Shown here in pieces: positions 38,683-51,768 of a stretch of DNA of 64,000 nt. The translations under genes were made by a program, and so were the position numbers. Numbering within the stretch: position 1 is the stretch's first letter; each line of letters begins with the position of its first letter. The stretch comes from an uncultured Alphaproteobacteria bacterium. Its GTDB lineage: Bacteria > Pseudomonadota > Alphaproteobacteria > Micropepsales > Micropepsaceae. The DNA lies in NCBI GenBank assembly GCA_902826695.1, contig CADEFU010000013.1, positions 1-64,000 of the forward strand, given 5' to 3'. Under the pieces are notes generated by a model, which was not told the origin of the DNA, made no database searches, and saw only the letters and a program-made list of their open reading frames with translations.

Positions 38683-38805
38683 GGCTATCCTCAAGCGTGG
38701 CTCTGCCAATGGGCGGTGCAGAGCGCGTGCCAGGGACGGCTTCGTGCGGCGCTAATGGTTTCCGGTGCGCGTTTACCCGCGGGTACCGGTCACGTCAGAA
38801 CAGCG

Positions 38806-40122
38806 TTAACTGCGATAGTCGCCGTTGATCGAGATGTAGCCGTGGGTGAGGTCGCACGTCCACACGCCAGAGACACCCTTGCCCACGCCGACATCGACGT
38901 CGATTTCGATTTCCGGGCGTTGCATGTAGCGGGTCATGAGCGCTTCGGAATAGTTCGGATCGCGCTGGCCCTGTGTCGCCACGCGGTGGCCGCCGAATTT
39001 GATCGAGAGCTTGTCGCGGTTCGCGGCCTCGCCGGACTTGCCGACGGCCATGACGACACGGCCCCAGTTTGCGTCGCCGCCCGCGATCGCGGTCTTGACG
39101 AGCGGGGAGTTTGCGACGGCCAACGCAATTTTTCGGGCGGCGGGATTGCTTTCGGCGCCGGTGACGTTGATGCGGACAAGCTTCGTTGCGCCTTCGCCGT
39201 CGCGCACGACTTGCACGGCCAGGTCTTGCAGGAGGGCGTTTAGCTTGATGCGGAAGTCGTCGAGCCGCTTATCAGCTGCGCGAATGACCGGGTTGTGGCG
39301 CGCGCCTTTGCCGGTGGCGAACATGAGAAGCGTGTCGCTGGTCGAGGTGTCGCTGTCGACGGTGATGGCGTTGAAGCTTGTTTCGGTGCCTTGGCTTAGA
39401 AGGAGCTGGAGCACGTCGCCGGGGATTGCCGCGTCGGTGAAAACGAACGCCAGCATCGTCGCCATGTCGGGGGCGATCATGCCGGAGCCCTTGGCGATGC
39501 CGTTGATCTTGACGATTTGGCCGTCGATCTGCGCCGTCGCGGTCGCCACTTTCGGGAACGTGTCGGTTGTCATGATCGCGCGGGCGGCTTGCTCCCACGC
39601 GGTCGCACCGGTGTTTTCGTAGATGTCGGGGAGCGCGTTCGTCAGGCGCTTAACGGGCAAGGGTTCGCCGATAACGCCGGTCGAGGCGATGAAGACTTCT
39701 TGCGGTTTGCAGGCGGCGATTGCTGCAGCGGCATCGGCAGTCGCGCGTACAGCTTCGACGCCGGCGCGGCCAGTGAACGCGTTCGCGTTGCCGGAATTGA
39801 CGATGAGCATGCGGGCCGAACGCTGCGGAAGCGCGGCGCGGCACCAGTCGATGGGGGCGGCCGCAGTCTTCGACGTCGTGAAGACGCCGGCGACGGTCGT
39901 GCCGGGGGCCATCACGGCCATCAGAACATCGGTACGACCCTCATAGCGAATACCCGCAGACCCAGCGCCAAGGCGCACGCCGGAGATAGGCTGCAGCTTC
40001 GCTAGGGATTTGGGCGCCAGGGGAGAGGTTGGCGGGGCGGTCTTGACGGCCTTGGGGGCCGCTTCCGGCACCGACTTCGCGGTCGCCGCAACTTTCGCAG
40101 ACTTGCCCGCAGGCGGGGCCAT
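38806..40122 (-). CDS. argJ: Bifunctional glutamate N-acetyltransferase/amino-acid acetyltransferase ArgJ, with an Ala/Lys/Pro-rich N-terminal extension
   Basis: The core is typical ArgJ (...[10 protein letters not shown]..., autoproteolytic ATML in [12 protein letters not shown]). ATG at 40122 confirmed. The N-terminus [39 protein letters not shown] is low-complexity; a GTG at the V of KSVPE could be the true start. Confidence 0.9.
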   Translation of the reverse strand: MAPPAGKSAKVAATAKSVPEAAPKAVKTAPPTSPLAPKSLAKLQPISGVRLGAGSAGIRYEGRTDVLMAVMAPGTTVAGVFTTSKTAAAPIDWCRAALPQRSARMLIVNSGNANAFTGRAGVEAVRATADAAAAIAACKPQEVFIASTGVIGEPLPVKRLTNALPDIYENTGATAWEQAARAIMTTDTFPKVATATAQIDGQIVKINGIAKGSGMIAPDMATMLAFVFTDAAIPGDVLQLLLSQGTETSFNAITVDSDTSTSDTLLMFATGKGARHNPVIRAADKRLDDFRIKLNALLQDLAVQVVRDGEGATKLVRINVTGAESNPAARKIALAVANSPLVKTAIAGGDANWGRVVMAVGKSGEAANRDKLSIKFGGHRVATQGQRDPNYSEALMTRYMQRPEIEIDVDVGVGKGVSGVWTCDLTHGYISINGDYRS

Positions 40123-40387
40123 TGAGTTCGTTCCCTCTCGGACGGGCACACTCGACTCTACCGCGCGTGTCCGCTCTTTGTTCGTAAGGCCGCGCGCGAA
40201 AGCGGTCAAGAACGGCAGGATTCTGCGGATGGCCCTTCCCCAGTTCTGTTTGCCGGTGCAGGTTCGTTTCGCGCCGTGCCCAGGGTTAAGGCGGCTGAAC
40301 GAGGCGCAACTCTGTCGCATGCAGATAAGGCATAGGTGCCCCGGGCGTGGTTCGTATCGCGACGGAGCAACACTGCTGTGTTCCTGG

Positions 40388-40422
40388 CGGCACGCCGCGT
40401 TGACAGGGGGGAGGCCCCCCCT
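40388..40422 (+). promoter_or_regulatory. Candidate sigma70 promoter for secA whose 17-bp spacer is a G6AGGC7 hairpin
   Basis: TTGACA-ggggggaggccccccct-TATCTG, about 120 nt upstream of the secA ATG. Confidence 0.4.
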
Positions 40423-40542
40423 TATCTGTGCTGCCGGCTTCGCGCGAAACCCCTGTTTGCGTACGTCTTGGAGGCGAGTCCCGCCATCTCGGCGGTCGGC
40501 GCGTCTCGACCTCTCATCTTATCTCCTCAAGGACGGTTTCGA

Positions 40543-43262
<2,720 letters not shown>

Positions 43263-43266
<4 letters not shown>

Positions 43267-43856
43267 GCCGACTTGGGCTTTGAGGATGTCGTGATGCGCC
43301 GTCGTTTTGGCGGCGACATCAGCCATGTGATCGAGAGCAGTTGCCCATGCGGCGACCCGCGCGAGAGTGTAAGCGATCTCAGTTCTTCCAACAACGCGTT
43401 CACGCGCCGAAGGTCTTCGTTCGAAGCGACGAAGAGGGTGCGGAGGTAGCTCACATTCTTCTTGGGGCCATCAAAGATCGCCGCGCCTTCGAGCGACGAA
43501 TTGAAGTCTCGCGCCGCCTGAACGGCTGATGCATGTACGATCTTGCGGATCGGCCGACGGTTTCCCGCATACTCCATCGGCTTCGTCAAATACATGCTTC
43601 TCTTTTGTGCACGATACATGACGGCGGGGCGCCCCCTGGCCGAAGCCGCGTTCGGTCGCAACTCGCGTTTGATAACACCGGTTTCGACGAGCGCCTTCAG
43701 ATGATGGTACAGCGACGTTACCGGCAGAGAGAGCGATTGCGCGAGCTCGGGTACCGTTAGCGGCCCGAGGGCGGCGACGTGCTGGAATATGTCGGCACGG
43801 CGCGGACTCGTGAGGGCGCTCAGTTGGCGTTCGTTCGCGTAATATTTTGACCTCAT
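43263..43856 (-). CDS. ArsR-like winged-helix transcriptional regulator with an extra C-terminal domain
   Basis: [45 protein letters not shown] is an ArsR-type HTH. The ATG at 43856 is preceded by AGAGGG. Confidence 0.55.
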
Positions 43857-43992
43857 TCTACCCTCTTGCGCACAAGCCAACTCTACCGATGAGCCTCGCA
43901 CATTCGCGTGAACGAGGGAAACCCGCAGGGGCTGCTGCTTGTCGCTATTTCTTCAATTATGGTATCGAATTTGAAAATATAGGAGGCTGGCG

Positions 43993-45489
43993 ATGTTGGG
44001 GGCTACTCGGATACTGATCTTCGGCCTGGCATTCCCGGCTCTGGCTTACGTAGCTCTGACACTCGCCGCGCTGGCTTCGACGCCCGCGGATATCACCGGC
44101 TGGTGGCGCGCCGACATCACATACGGCGATGATACCGAGCCGATGTATTTTCGTTTCGGCGCAAACGCGAAGGGCGAGCCGCGTGTTTATATGTCTGCAC
44201 CTGTCGTCAGATGGGAGGACGTGCCTATAAGCGACTTCGCGCTTGAGGGCCCGATAGTCAAGTTGCCGATGTTCAAAGTCGCTCTGACATTCAGTGCGGA
44301 CGGGCGGACGATCGACGGCGTGCTGCCGCCTGGTTTTGTGTCCCGAGAGCCGACGCCCGTTCGTTTTGTGCGTGCGGAGAAGCCCGTGGCGCTTGCGCGT
44401 TTGCCAGAGCCGCTTGGCCCGCCGCCGTCGCCGCGCTGGACGGTGCCGCTGCACGCGGAGGTCTGGGGCGGACTGGCGCGCGATGGGGAGCGCAGCATTT
44501 TCGTCGCCGACGTTTCCGGCCATGTCACGGCTCTCTCGCAGACGGACGGCGCGAAACTCTGGCGAATCGATCTGCGCGCGCAGATTCGCTCAACACCGAC
44601 GCTGCGTGATGAAAAACTGTACATCGCGAGCGATGCCGCACTTGTGGCGCTCGATGCACGCACGGGTAAGCAGATATGGTCGGCGCCGTTCGGGCCGGAA
44701 CGTGTCGCGCGTATTGCCATACCCAATGAGGCGTCGCGTTTCGACCACTATTCATCCGGCGTCGCTGTCGACGAGGAACTTGCGGTGGCCGGATCGCGTG
44801 ACGGCTGCGTCCATGCGGTGCGCCCGCAAACGGGGGCGCAGGTATGGCGCACGTGCACGGGGGATATCGTCACGAGCACGCCTGCGCTTACGCGCGACGG
44901 CGTTTATTTCGGAAGTTTCGACAACCATGCCTATGCGCTATTGCGCGCTGACGGGCGCGTGCGTTGGCGCTATAACACGCACGAAAGCATCCCTCGCGAC
45001 GCGGTCGTCGCAGGATCAAACGTTCTGTTCGGGAGCCGCAACTTCGATCTCATCGCGCTTGACGCGCAGACCGGTCAACGCACTTGGTTCCGCCGCATGT
45101 GGTACTCGTGGATCGACTCCCCGCCCGTTGTCGACCGCGGCCACATTTATTCCGGTAGTTCCGACGCCCTGGCCGTTTTCATGTACGACGAAATCACCGG
45201 TCGCCGAATCTGGAAGCGACCTGTGCCCGGCTGGACCTGGGGCGGCGTCTCGTTGGGCACGCACAGCCTCTACACCGGCATTGTTGGGGGCCCTTACTTC
45301 CAGCCGCGCGCCGGCGGCTTCGCTGCCATCAACCGTGCAGACGGTGCGCTGCGTTGGCGCCTTGATGCGGCGAAGCCCGATCCGCTGGTCCCGTACGGTT
45401 TTGCCGCGATGCCCGTCGTCTCCGGTTCGCGCATTTTCGCAGCCGACCTCGCCGGAAACGTATCCGCGTTCGACGATTCTCAGAGCTAG
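43993..45489 (+). CDS. PQQ-like beta-propeller repeat protein, secreted or anchored
   Basis: N-terminal hydrophobic signal/anchor, then repeated ...DG.(L/V)(Y/W)... blades (GHVTALSQTDGAKLWRIDL, ALVALDARTGKQIWSA, HAVRPQTGAQVWRT). AGGAGG ribosome-binding site. Confidence 0.75.
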   Translation: MLGATRILIFGLAFPALAYVALTLAALASTPADITGWWRADITYGDDTEPMYFRFGANAKGEPRVYMSAPVVRWEDVPISDFALEGPIVKLPMFKVALTFSADGRTIDGVLPPGFVSREPTPVRFVRAEKPVALARLPEPLGPPPSPRWTVPLHAEVWGGLARDGERSIFVADVSGHVTALSQTDGAKLWRIDLRAQIRSTPTLRDEKLYIASDAALVALDARTGKQIWSAPFGPERVARIAIPNEASRFDHYSSGVAVDEELAVAGSRDGCVHAVRPQTGAQVWRTCTGDIVTSTPALTRDGVYFGSFDNHAYALLRADGRVRWRYNTHESIPRDAVVAGSNVLFGSRNFDLIALDAQTGQRTWFRRMWYSWIDSPPVVDRGHIYSGSSDALAVFMYDEITGRRIWKRPVPGWTWGGVSLGTHSLYTGIVGGPYFQPRAGGFAAINRADGALRWRLDAAKPDPLVPYGFAAMPVVSGSRIFAADLAGNVSAFDDSQS

Positions 45490-45498
45490 GGACCTCTG

Positions 45499-46353
45499 CT
45501 AGCGCGGGCGGTCGCCTTCGACGGTCACCCGGTGCATTTCGCGCCGGTGGCCGTGGTAGTCGTTGAGCGCGTAGTGCTGCGTGCAGCGGTTGTCCCAGAA
45601 GGCGACCGAGTTCTTGCGCCACGCAAAGCGGCAGGTGAATTCGGGCTTCGCGCAATGTTCGTAGAGCCAGCGTAGCAGCGGGCGGCTTTCTTCCTTCGTC
45701 CAGCCTTCGAAACGTTGCGTGAAGCCGATGTTGACATAGAGCGCCCTGCGGCCGGTTTCGGGATGCGTGCGCACGACGGGGTGGATCATCTCCGCCTTCG
45801 CGTCGTCAGACGTCTTGGGTTTCATCGAGCGCTGATCGTTGTGGCGGTTCGCCTCGCTCAAGCCGTCGACGCCGTATTGCGCGTTCGCGGAATGGACCGC
45901 GTTCAGGCTGTCGAGTGTGCGCTTCATGCCGGGAGAGAGCGCCTCGTAGGCGAGGTATTGGTTTGCGAACATCGTGTCGCCCCCGGCTGACGGGACTTCC
46001 TTCGCGTAGAGCACACTGCCTAGCGGCGGCTTTTCGAGGAACGTCATGTCGGAGTGCCAGCCGCCGCCGAAGTTGATCTTGTCGTCTTTCTCTTTGAAGA
46101 CGCGCATGACCTCCGGGTGGCCTTCAATCGCGGCGGCGTAAGGGTGGATCGAGATCGGACCGAAGCGGCGGGCGAAGGCGATCTGCTGATCGGGGGTCAT
46201 GACCTGGCCGTGGAAAAAGACTACGCAGTGGTCAAGCAACGCTTTGTGCACGACCGCGAAGGCTTCGTTTCCGAGCGGCTGAGCCAGATCGACGCCGGAA
46301 ATTTCGGCGCCGAGTGCGCTGGTGAGGCGGGTGACCGTGATGGTGTTGCTCAT
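45499..46353 (-). CDS. TauD/TfdA family Fe(II)/2-oxoglutarate dioxygenase
   Basis: WHSDMTF (HxD) ... HRVT second His. The size and order match taurine dioxygenase-like enzymes. Confidence 0.8.
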   Translation of the reverse strand: MSNTITVTRLTSALGAEISGVDLAQPLGNEAFAVVHKALLDHCVVFFHGQVMTPDQQIAFARRFGPISIHPYAAAIEGHPEVMRVFKEKDDKINFGGGWHSDMTFLEKPPLGSVLYAKEVPSAGGDTMFANQYLAYEALSPGMKRTLDSLNAVHSANAQYGVDGLSEANRHNDQRSMKPKTSDDAKAEMIHPVVRTHPETGRRALYVNIGFTQRFEGWTKEESRPLLRWLYEHCAKPEFTCRFAWRKNSVAFWDNRCTQHYALNDYHGHRREMHRVTVEGDRPR

Positions 46354-46470
46354 ACCGTAGCGTTCCTTGGGGTTCAGCCGAAGCCTAAGGCAGCGGGGGC
46401 TTGATGAAAAGGTAACTTGCGCCCGCGCCGTTCCGGGGGTCCAATCACGCAGACCTCAAGGAGTGCCGCG

Positions 46471-47622
46471 ATGTCCCAACCGGTTCCGTTCAAGATCGAA
46501 ATCCCACAAGCGACAATCAACAAGATCATGGAGCGCGTGCGCGCGTTCGAGTGGCCGGATGCGCCGGAAGGGGGCGGCTGGGCCTACGGCACCGACCTGA
46601 AGACGATGAAGGAGATCGTCGAGTATTGGCTGCACGGCTACGACTGGTATCGCGAGCAAGCGCGGTTGAACGAGCTGCCTCACTTCAAGGCGCGGGTGCG
46701 CGATCTCGATATCCATTTCATCCACTTGAAGTCGAATGCGGCCAAGCGGCGGCCGCTGATCATCTCGCATGGCTGGCCCGGCTCGATCGTCGAGTTCTTG
46801 AACGTGATCGAGCCGCTGGCGCACCCGCAAAAGCATGCGGGCAAGCTCACCGACGCGTTCGACGTGATCGTGCCGTCGCTGCCGGGCTACGGCTTTTCCG
46901 ACAAGCCGAAGAAGCCGATGAGCCCGCGCACGGTCGCCAGCTATTTCGATGAGCTGATGGTGGGTACGCTCGGTTATTCAAACTACATCGCGCAAGGCGG
47001 CGACTGGGGTTCGGCGGTGTCGGGCTGGCTTGGATATGAGGGGCGCGGTTGCAAGGCGGTGCACCTGAACATGCTCGGCTGGCGGTCGCCCGGGGTCGTC
47101 GCGGAGACCGAGGAAGAGAAGCAGGCCGAAAAGCAGTTCCAGATGCTGTTCGACATGGAAGGTGCCTATTTCCGGCTGCAGTCCACGAAGCCGCTGACGC
47201 TCGCCTACGGGATGATGGACTCGCCTGTCGGCGCTGCGGCTTGGATTATCGAGAAGTTCAAAGGGTGGTCCGATCTCGACGACGGGAAGCTTGAGAGCGT
47301 TTACACGAAGGATCAATTGCTCACGAACGTCATGCTCTATCTCGTCACGCGCACGTTCGGCACCGCGACGTGGATGTATCGCGGGCTGTTCGAGGATCCG
47401 GGCAAGCCCATTACGCCGCGGTCGCGGGTCGAAAAGCCCGTCGGGATCGCACGGTTTCCGGTCGACCTCATTCCGTTTCCGCCACGGTCGATGGTGGAGA
47501 AGCACCTGAACGTCGTGCGCTGGAGCGAGTTCAAACGCGGCGGCCACTTCGCGGCGATGGAACGGCCTCAAGATTTCATCGAAGACGTGCGCGCATTCGG
47601 GCGGGAGATTGACGGCGTTTAG
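46471..47622 (+). CDS. Epoxide hydrolase (microsomal-EH-type N-terminal domain + alpha/beta hydrolase)
   Basis: ...PLIISHGWPGSIVEFLNVIEPLAHP... HGWP oxyanion motif, and a nucleophile in AQGGDWGS. AAGGAG ribosome-binding site before the ATG at 46471. Confidence 0.85.
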   Translation: MSQPVPFKIEIPQATINKIMERVRAFEWPDAPEGGGWAYGTDLKTMKEIVEYWLHGYDWYREQARLNELPHFKARVRDLDIHFIHLKSNAAKRRPLIISHGWPGSIVEFLNVIEPLAHPQKHAGKLTDAFDVIVPSLPGYGFSDKPKKPMSPRTVASYFDELMVGTLGYSNYIAQGGDWGSAVSGWLGYEGRGCKAVHLNMLGWRSPGVVAETEEEKQAEKQFQMLFDMEGAYFRLQSTKPLTLAYGMMDSPVGAAAWIIEKFKGWSDLDDGKLESVYTKDQLLTNVMLYLVTRTFGTATWMYRGLFEDPGKPITPRSRVEKPVGIARFPVDLIPFPPRSMVEKHLNVVRWSEFKRGGHFAAMERPQDFIEDVRAFGREIDGV

Positions 47623-47828
47623 CTATCTTTTTCGTAGGTGAGGATGTCGCCGGGTTGGCACTCCAAGACCTCGCAGATTTTTTCGAGCGTTTCGAAGCGC
47701 ACACCGCGTACCCTGCCCGACTTTAGCGCGGAGACGTTTTGCTCGGTGATGCCAATGCGTTCGGCGAGTTCCTTCGAGCGCATTTTGCGGTGCGCGAGCA
47801 TGACGTCGAGTTTGACGACGATCGGCAT
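47619..47828 (-). CDS. XRE-family HTH regulator (YozG-like, 69 aa)
   Basis: MPIVVKLDVMLAHRKMRSKELAERIGITEQNVSALKSG. Its ATG overlaps the stop of the upstream DUF2975 gene. Confidence 0.8.
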   Translation of the reverse strand: MPIVVKLDVMLAHRKMRSKELAERIGITEQNVSALKSGRVRGVRFETLEKICEVLECQPGDILTYEKDS

Positions 47829-48379
47829 CAGACGATCTGCCGGTTGTCGTCGGCGATGCGCGCAGCTTCGGCCATGATGTGGCCGAGCGCGATCAGCAGC
47901 GCTGCCACGAGTGCGACGATGATGTCTTGGCTGCTAATCGAGATGGCGAGCATGCGCTGACCCTCGTCGTTTCCGATCGTGACGATTAAGCCGATGATTG
48001 CGCGAATGAGCGGCGACACCACGGCGAACAGCAGCAGCAGAATGCCGAGGCGGCGCAGGCGCGTGCCTGTTTCCGGCACAAAGATCGCACCTGCCGCGAA
48101 GGATGCGAACAAGCTTGCGACTGTCCACAACGCGAGCGCCATTAGTCCGACATAAACCGTGGAGACGACAAGCGCGGCCGCGCGAACGCCGAGCGTCATC
48201 TTAACAGGCGCCGTGCCGATCGACGATTGCGCACGCACGACGTCTGCCGTGAAGTCCGGCACGAGCCACATCGCTGCGTTTGCGGCGAGCAGCATCAGCG
48301 CCGCGATCTTGGCGGCGTGCGAGAGCCATGTGCTCGTGCGCAGAAGACGCGCGAGTTTCTCGTTCCCGACGGCCATCAT
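47828..48379 (-). CDS. DUF2975-like multi-pass membrane protein (partner of the XRE regulator)
   Basis: Four hydrophobic helices, co-oriented with and overlapping the downstream YozG-like regulator (a conserved two-gene module). ATG at 48379. Confidence 0.6.
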   Translation of the reverse strand: MMAVGNEKLARLLRTSTWLSHAAKIAALMLLAANAAMWLVPDFTADVVRAQSSIGTAPVKMTLGVRAAALVVSTVYVGLMALALWTVASLFASFAAGAIFVPETGTRLRRLGILLLLFAVVSPLIRAIIGLIVTIGNDEGQRMLAISISSQDIIVALVAALLIALGHIMAEAARIADDNRQIV

Positions 48380-48454
48380 CACGTTTCCTTCAATTGACTC
48401 GATCAAAAATGATCGTTAGACGATCATAATATCATGTAGAGCGTGAGTGTCGAT

Positions 48455-49036
48455 ATGCGGTTTTTGGCGGTTTTGTTGACTTTTCTTGTCGTTGGGTGCG
48501 CATCGGTGCCGCTCAAGACGATGTACAATCTTTGGAACTTCGATCCGTGGTCGTCGGATTTTCGCACGTGGCGCGCGGCGGCCCGACTGCCGCTTGCGGA
48601 CGCGCAAACGCTGAAGCCGCAGATCCGGATGAAGATCGAAACGTGGCGCGACGCCGATAAGCAACGCAGCGAAGAATTGCTCGTGTTGGCACAGACTATG
48701 GATCCGGCCGATGTCGGACCGCTCGAGACGGAGAAGCGCGCGGGTTACGCGGTGACGGCTTATCGTATTGACCCTAAAGACTATGCCCGACTCGAGGCGC
48801 TTCGGACGCGCATTGTTGCTGCGAAGAAGTCCGGCAATCCGCTGCACGGGTCGCTCACGATCACGGCGGCGTCGTGTGGCGCGAGGCAGAGCTTACCGGC
48901 GGGAGCGTTTCTGATTTCGACCTACCTCTTGGTGGACCGTGCGGATGGGTACAATCCGCTGCTTGTCGATTACGACTTGTCGGCGATGCTAAAGCAGGCA
49001 CAAGACGCGCCGAAAAAGGAAGACGTCTGCGGCTGA
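48455..49036 (+). CDS. Hypothetical lipoprotein
   Basis: MRFLAVLLTFLVVGCASV lipobox. No family recognised. Confidence 0.5.
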   Translation: MRFLAVLLTFLVVGCASVPLKTMYNLWNFDPWSSDFRTWRAAARLPLADAQTLKPQIRMKIETWRDADKQRSEELLVLAQTMDPADVGPLETEKRAGYAVTAYRIDPKDYARLEALRTRIVAAKKSGNPLHGSLTITAASCGARQSLPAGAFLISTYLLVDRADGYNPLLVDYDLSAMLKQAQDAPKKEDVCG

Positions 49037-49078
49037 GTTTCGTGCTAGCCGTGCGGTTCCAAGTGGAGCCGCACGCCT

Positions 49079-50257
49079 ATGAAGCCTTTCAACGTATCCG
49101 TTCCGCAATCCGACCTGGACGATTTGAAGGCGCGGCTTCAGCGCGTGCGGTGGCCCAACGAGCCCGCCGGCAACGCGGCGTGGGATTGGGGGACGAACCT
49201 TTCCTACATGAGGCGGCTGGTCGCCCATTGGCGCGACGAGTTCGACTGGCGGCAGGCCGAGCGCGAGCTCAATCGGTTTCCGCAGTTTACGGTCGAACTT
49301 CCGGCCGCGGGTGAGACGCACACGGTTCACTTTCTCTACGAGAAGGGGTCGGGCAGCAAACCGTTGCCGCTGATCCTGACGCACGGGTGGCCGTCGACCT
49401 ATCGCGAGTTCTTGGACGTGATCGAACCGCTCGCGCACCCTGAGCGCTTCGGCGGCAATGCCGAGGATGGGTTCGACGTCATCGTTCCGTCGTTGATCGG
49501 GTATAGCTGGTCGTCGAAACCCACAACACCGATCGGGCCTGCGGCGATTGCCGAGCTTTGGCACCGGCTGATGCACGACGTGCTGGGATACAAGCGCTAT
49601 GCGGCCCAAGCGGGCGACTGGGGGAGTTTCGTCACCTCGCGATTGGCGCTGCAGCATCCGGAGAGCGTGATCGCCATTCATCTGACGATGCTGCCGCTTC
49701 GGCCGCATCTGAAGCATCCGTCGCAGCCGCCGGTGACGGCCGACGAAGCAGCGTGGATCGAAAAGATGAAGGCGTGGTGGGCGCAGGAGGAAGGCTATCG
49801 GTCGATCCAGTCGACGAAGCCGATGGCGCTGGCCTTCGGTTTGATGGATTCGCCGGCGGGGTTGGCGGGGTGGCTTGCCGACAAATACTGGCGGCTCGGC
49901 GATACGCGCAAGGATCACCCTTATCAGGGGATGGAAGCGCGATTTCCGATGCACACGATGTGCACGCAGCTTTCGCTCTATTGGTTCTCAGGGACCATCA
50001 ACTCGGCGAACATGCTCTATAAGGCGGGGCCAGCGGAGCGGAGCGGCGCGCTCAAGCCCGGCGAGCGCGTCACGGTGCCGACCGCCTATTCCGACTATCC
50101 GATGGATGTGCTGCCGCCGACGCCTGAGTCGTGGGGGAGGCGCAGCTACAACATCGTGCGCTGGCGCGAGATGAAGGCCGGCGGCCACTTCGCGGCAATG
50201 GAAGAGCCGAAGTTGTTTGCGGACGATGTGCGAGAGTTCTTTCGCGCTTATCGCTAG
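49079..50257 (+). CDS. Epoxide hydrolase, paralog of 46471-47622
   Basis: ...PLILTHGWPSTYREFLDVIEPLAHP..., AQAGDWGS. About 80% nucleotide identity to the first copy in the HGWP-EFL-VIEPLAHP block. Confidence 0.85.
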   Translation: MKPFNVSVPQSDLDDLKARLQRVRWPNEPAGNAAWDWGTNLSYMRRLVAHWRDEFDWRQAERELNRFPQFTVELPAAGETHTVHFLYEKGSGSKPLPLILTHGWPSTYREFLDVIEPLAHPERFGGNAEDGFDVIVPSLIGYSWSSKPTTPIGPAAIAELWHRLMHDVLGYKRYAAQAGDWGSFVTSRLALQHPESVIAIHLTMLPLRPHLKHPSQPPVTADEAAWIEKMKAWWAQEEGYRSIQSTKPMALAFGLMDSPAGLAGWLADKYWRLGDTRKDHPYQGMEARFPMHTMCTQLSLYWFSGTINSANMLYKAGPAERSGALKPGERVTVPTAYSDYPMDVLPPTPESWGRRSYNIVRWREMKAGGHFAAMEEPKLFADDVREFFRAYR

Positions 50258-50673
50258 ACGAGGGGAAAGCGCGATTGGCGATACGTCCAGATGATCCCCC
50301 AGAGCGCAGCCAACCATGCGGCGACAATCCAGGCCGTGGACACTACGTAGTCGAAACTGGTTCCTACGGACGGCGCGTAGCCCTTTGACATTGTTAGACC
50401 GGTTAGTTCGACGAAAATACCTGCGCCTCCGAAGCTCAGGGCGTAGAGCAGCGGTGCTGAGGGTGTGAAGCCCTTGCGCAAGAGAATAGCGGCATAGGCG
50501 ATTGATATCGTTGCAATCGTCGATGTCGTTGCGATCCTGCTGAACGCCTTCATCGTCGAATCTGTTGCAAAATTCTCCACGACCGACCTGACGCCCAGCC
50601 CGGATATCAAAAAGCCGACCGCTAGTCCGCCAACGTAGGCGACCAACAATGCAATGCGAATTGTCTTATTCAT
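50254..50673 (-). CDS. Hypothetical 4-TM membrane protein
   Basis: From MNKTIRIALLVAYVGGLAVGF... (ATG at 50673). Confidence 0.45.
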   Translation of the reverse strand: MNKTIRIALLVAYVGGLAVGFLISGLGVRSVVENFATDSTMKAFSRIATTSTIATISIAYAAILLRKGFTPSAPLLYALSFGGAGIFVELTGLTMSKGYAPSVGTSFDYVVSTAWIVAAWLAALWGIIWTYRQSRFPLV

Positions 50674-50802
50674 GGTCGCACCACTTGAGCACACTCTAGT
50701 CGAAAGACGCGATGCTCGTTGTGACGGCGGCTACTGCCGCGACATCCCTAGGCGTTCAAAGTCGGAATAGACTGGCGAGAGGCCGGCGCTCCCAAACCGG
50801 GC

Positions 50803-51768
50803 TTAGGCCAATCCGACGCGACCCATGGCCAGGTATTTGTCCCAGCGTTGCTTGCGCAGGGCTTCGGGCGTGAGGGCTTCGAGTTCGGTCAGGGCGAGGT
50901 CGATCGCGTCGCCGGTGTCTTCAATGGCTTGGGCGCGGCCGCGGTGGGCGCCGCCGATTGGTTCCCTGACGATGGAGTCGATGATGCGGAGCTGCAGCAA
51001 GTCTTGCGCGGTGATCTTCATCGCGGCCGCCGCGTCTTGGGCGCGGGCGCCGGACTTCCAGAGGATCGAGGAGCAGCCTTCGGGGGAGATCACCGAGTAA
51101 ATCGAGTGTTCGAGCATGATCACGCGGTCGCCGGCGGCGATTGCAATGGCGCCACCTGAGCCGCCTTCGCCGATGACGACGGAGACGAGGGGCACTGTGA
51201 GTGTGAGGCAGCGTTCGGTGGAACGGGCGATCGCTTCGCCTTGCCCACGCTCTTCCGCGCTGATGCCGGGATAGGCCCCGGACGTGTCGACGAGCGTAAT
51301 CACCGGCATGTTGAATCGCTCGGCCATCGACATCAGGCGCACGGCTTTGCGGTAGCCGTCGGGCATCGCCATGCCGAAGTTGTGGCGCAGGCGCGTCTTC
51401 GTGTCATTGCCCTTCTCGTGGCCGATCACGATCACGCTTCGGCCGCGGAAGTTGCCCATGCCGCCCAGGATCGCTTTGTCGTCTGCGTAGGCACGGTCGC
51501 CAGCTAGCGGGGTGAAGTCTTGGATCAGCGCGTGCACATAGTCGAGAAAGTGCGGCCGCTCAGGATGCCTTGCGACTTGCGTCTTTTGCCACGGGGTCAG
51601 GCGCGAATACGTATCGGCGAGGAGTTGGCGGGCCTTGTCCTCAAGCTTCGAAACTTCTTCGTCGATCGAGACCGGATGCTCGCCTTGTGTGGCGACGCGC
51701 TTCAGCTCCTCGACCTTGCCTTCAAGGTCGGCAATCGGCTTTTCGAAATCGAGATATGTGCTCGTCAT
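50803..51768 (-). CDS. accA: Acetyl-CoA carboxylase carboxyltransferase alpha subunit
   Basis: [23 protein letters not shown]... and crotonase-fold blocks. ATG confirmed. Confidence 0.95.
   Translation of the reverse strand: MTSTYLDFEKPIADLEGKVEELKRVATQGEHPVSIDEEVSKLEDKARQLLADTYSRLTPWQKTQVARHPERPHFLDYVHALIQDFTPLAGDRAYADDKAILGGMGNFRGRSVIVIGHEKGNDTKTRLRHNFGMAMPDGYRKAVRLMSMAERFNMPVITLVDTSGAYPGISAEERGQGEAIARSTERCLTLTVPLVSVVIGEGGSGGAIAIAAGDRVIMLEHSIYSVISPEGCSSILWKSGARAQDAAAAMKITAQDLLQLRIIDSIVREPIGGAHRGRAQAIEDTGDAIDLALTELEALTPEALRKQRWDKYLAMGRVGLA

Noticed and set aside
44294-45502. 402-aa plus-strand ORF in another frame over the PQQ-propeller gene
   Set aside because: Ser/Arg/Cys/Thr-rich, with no repeats or motifs. 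The in-frame propeller ORF has the ribosome-binding site and blade repeats.
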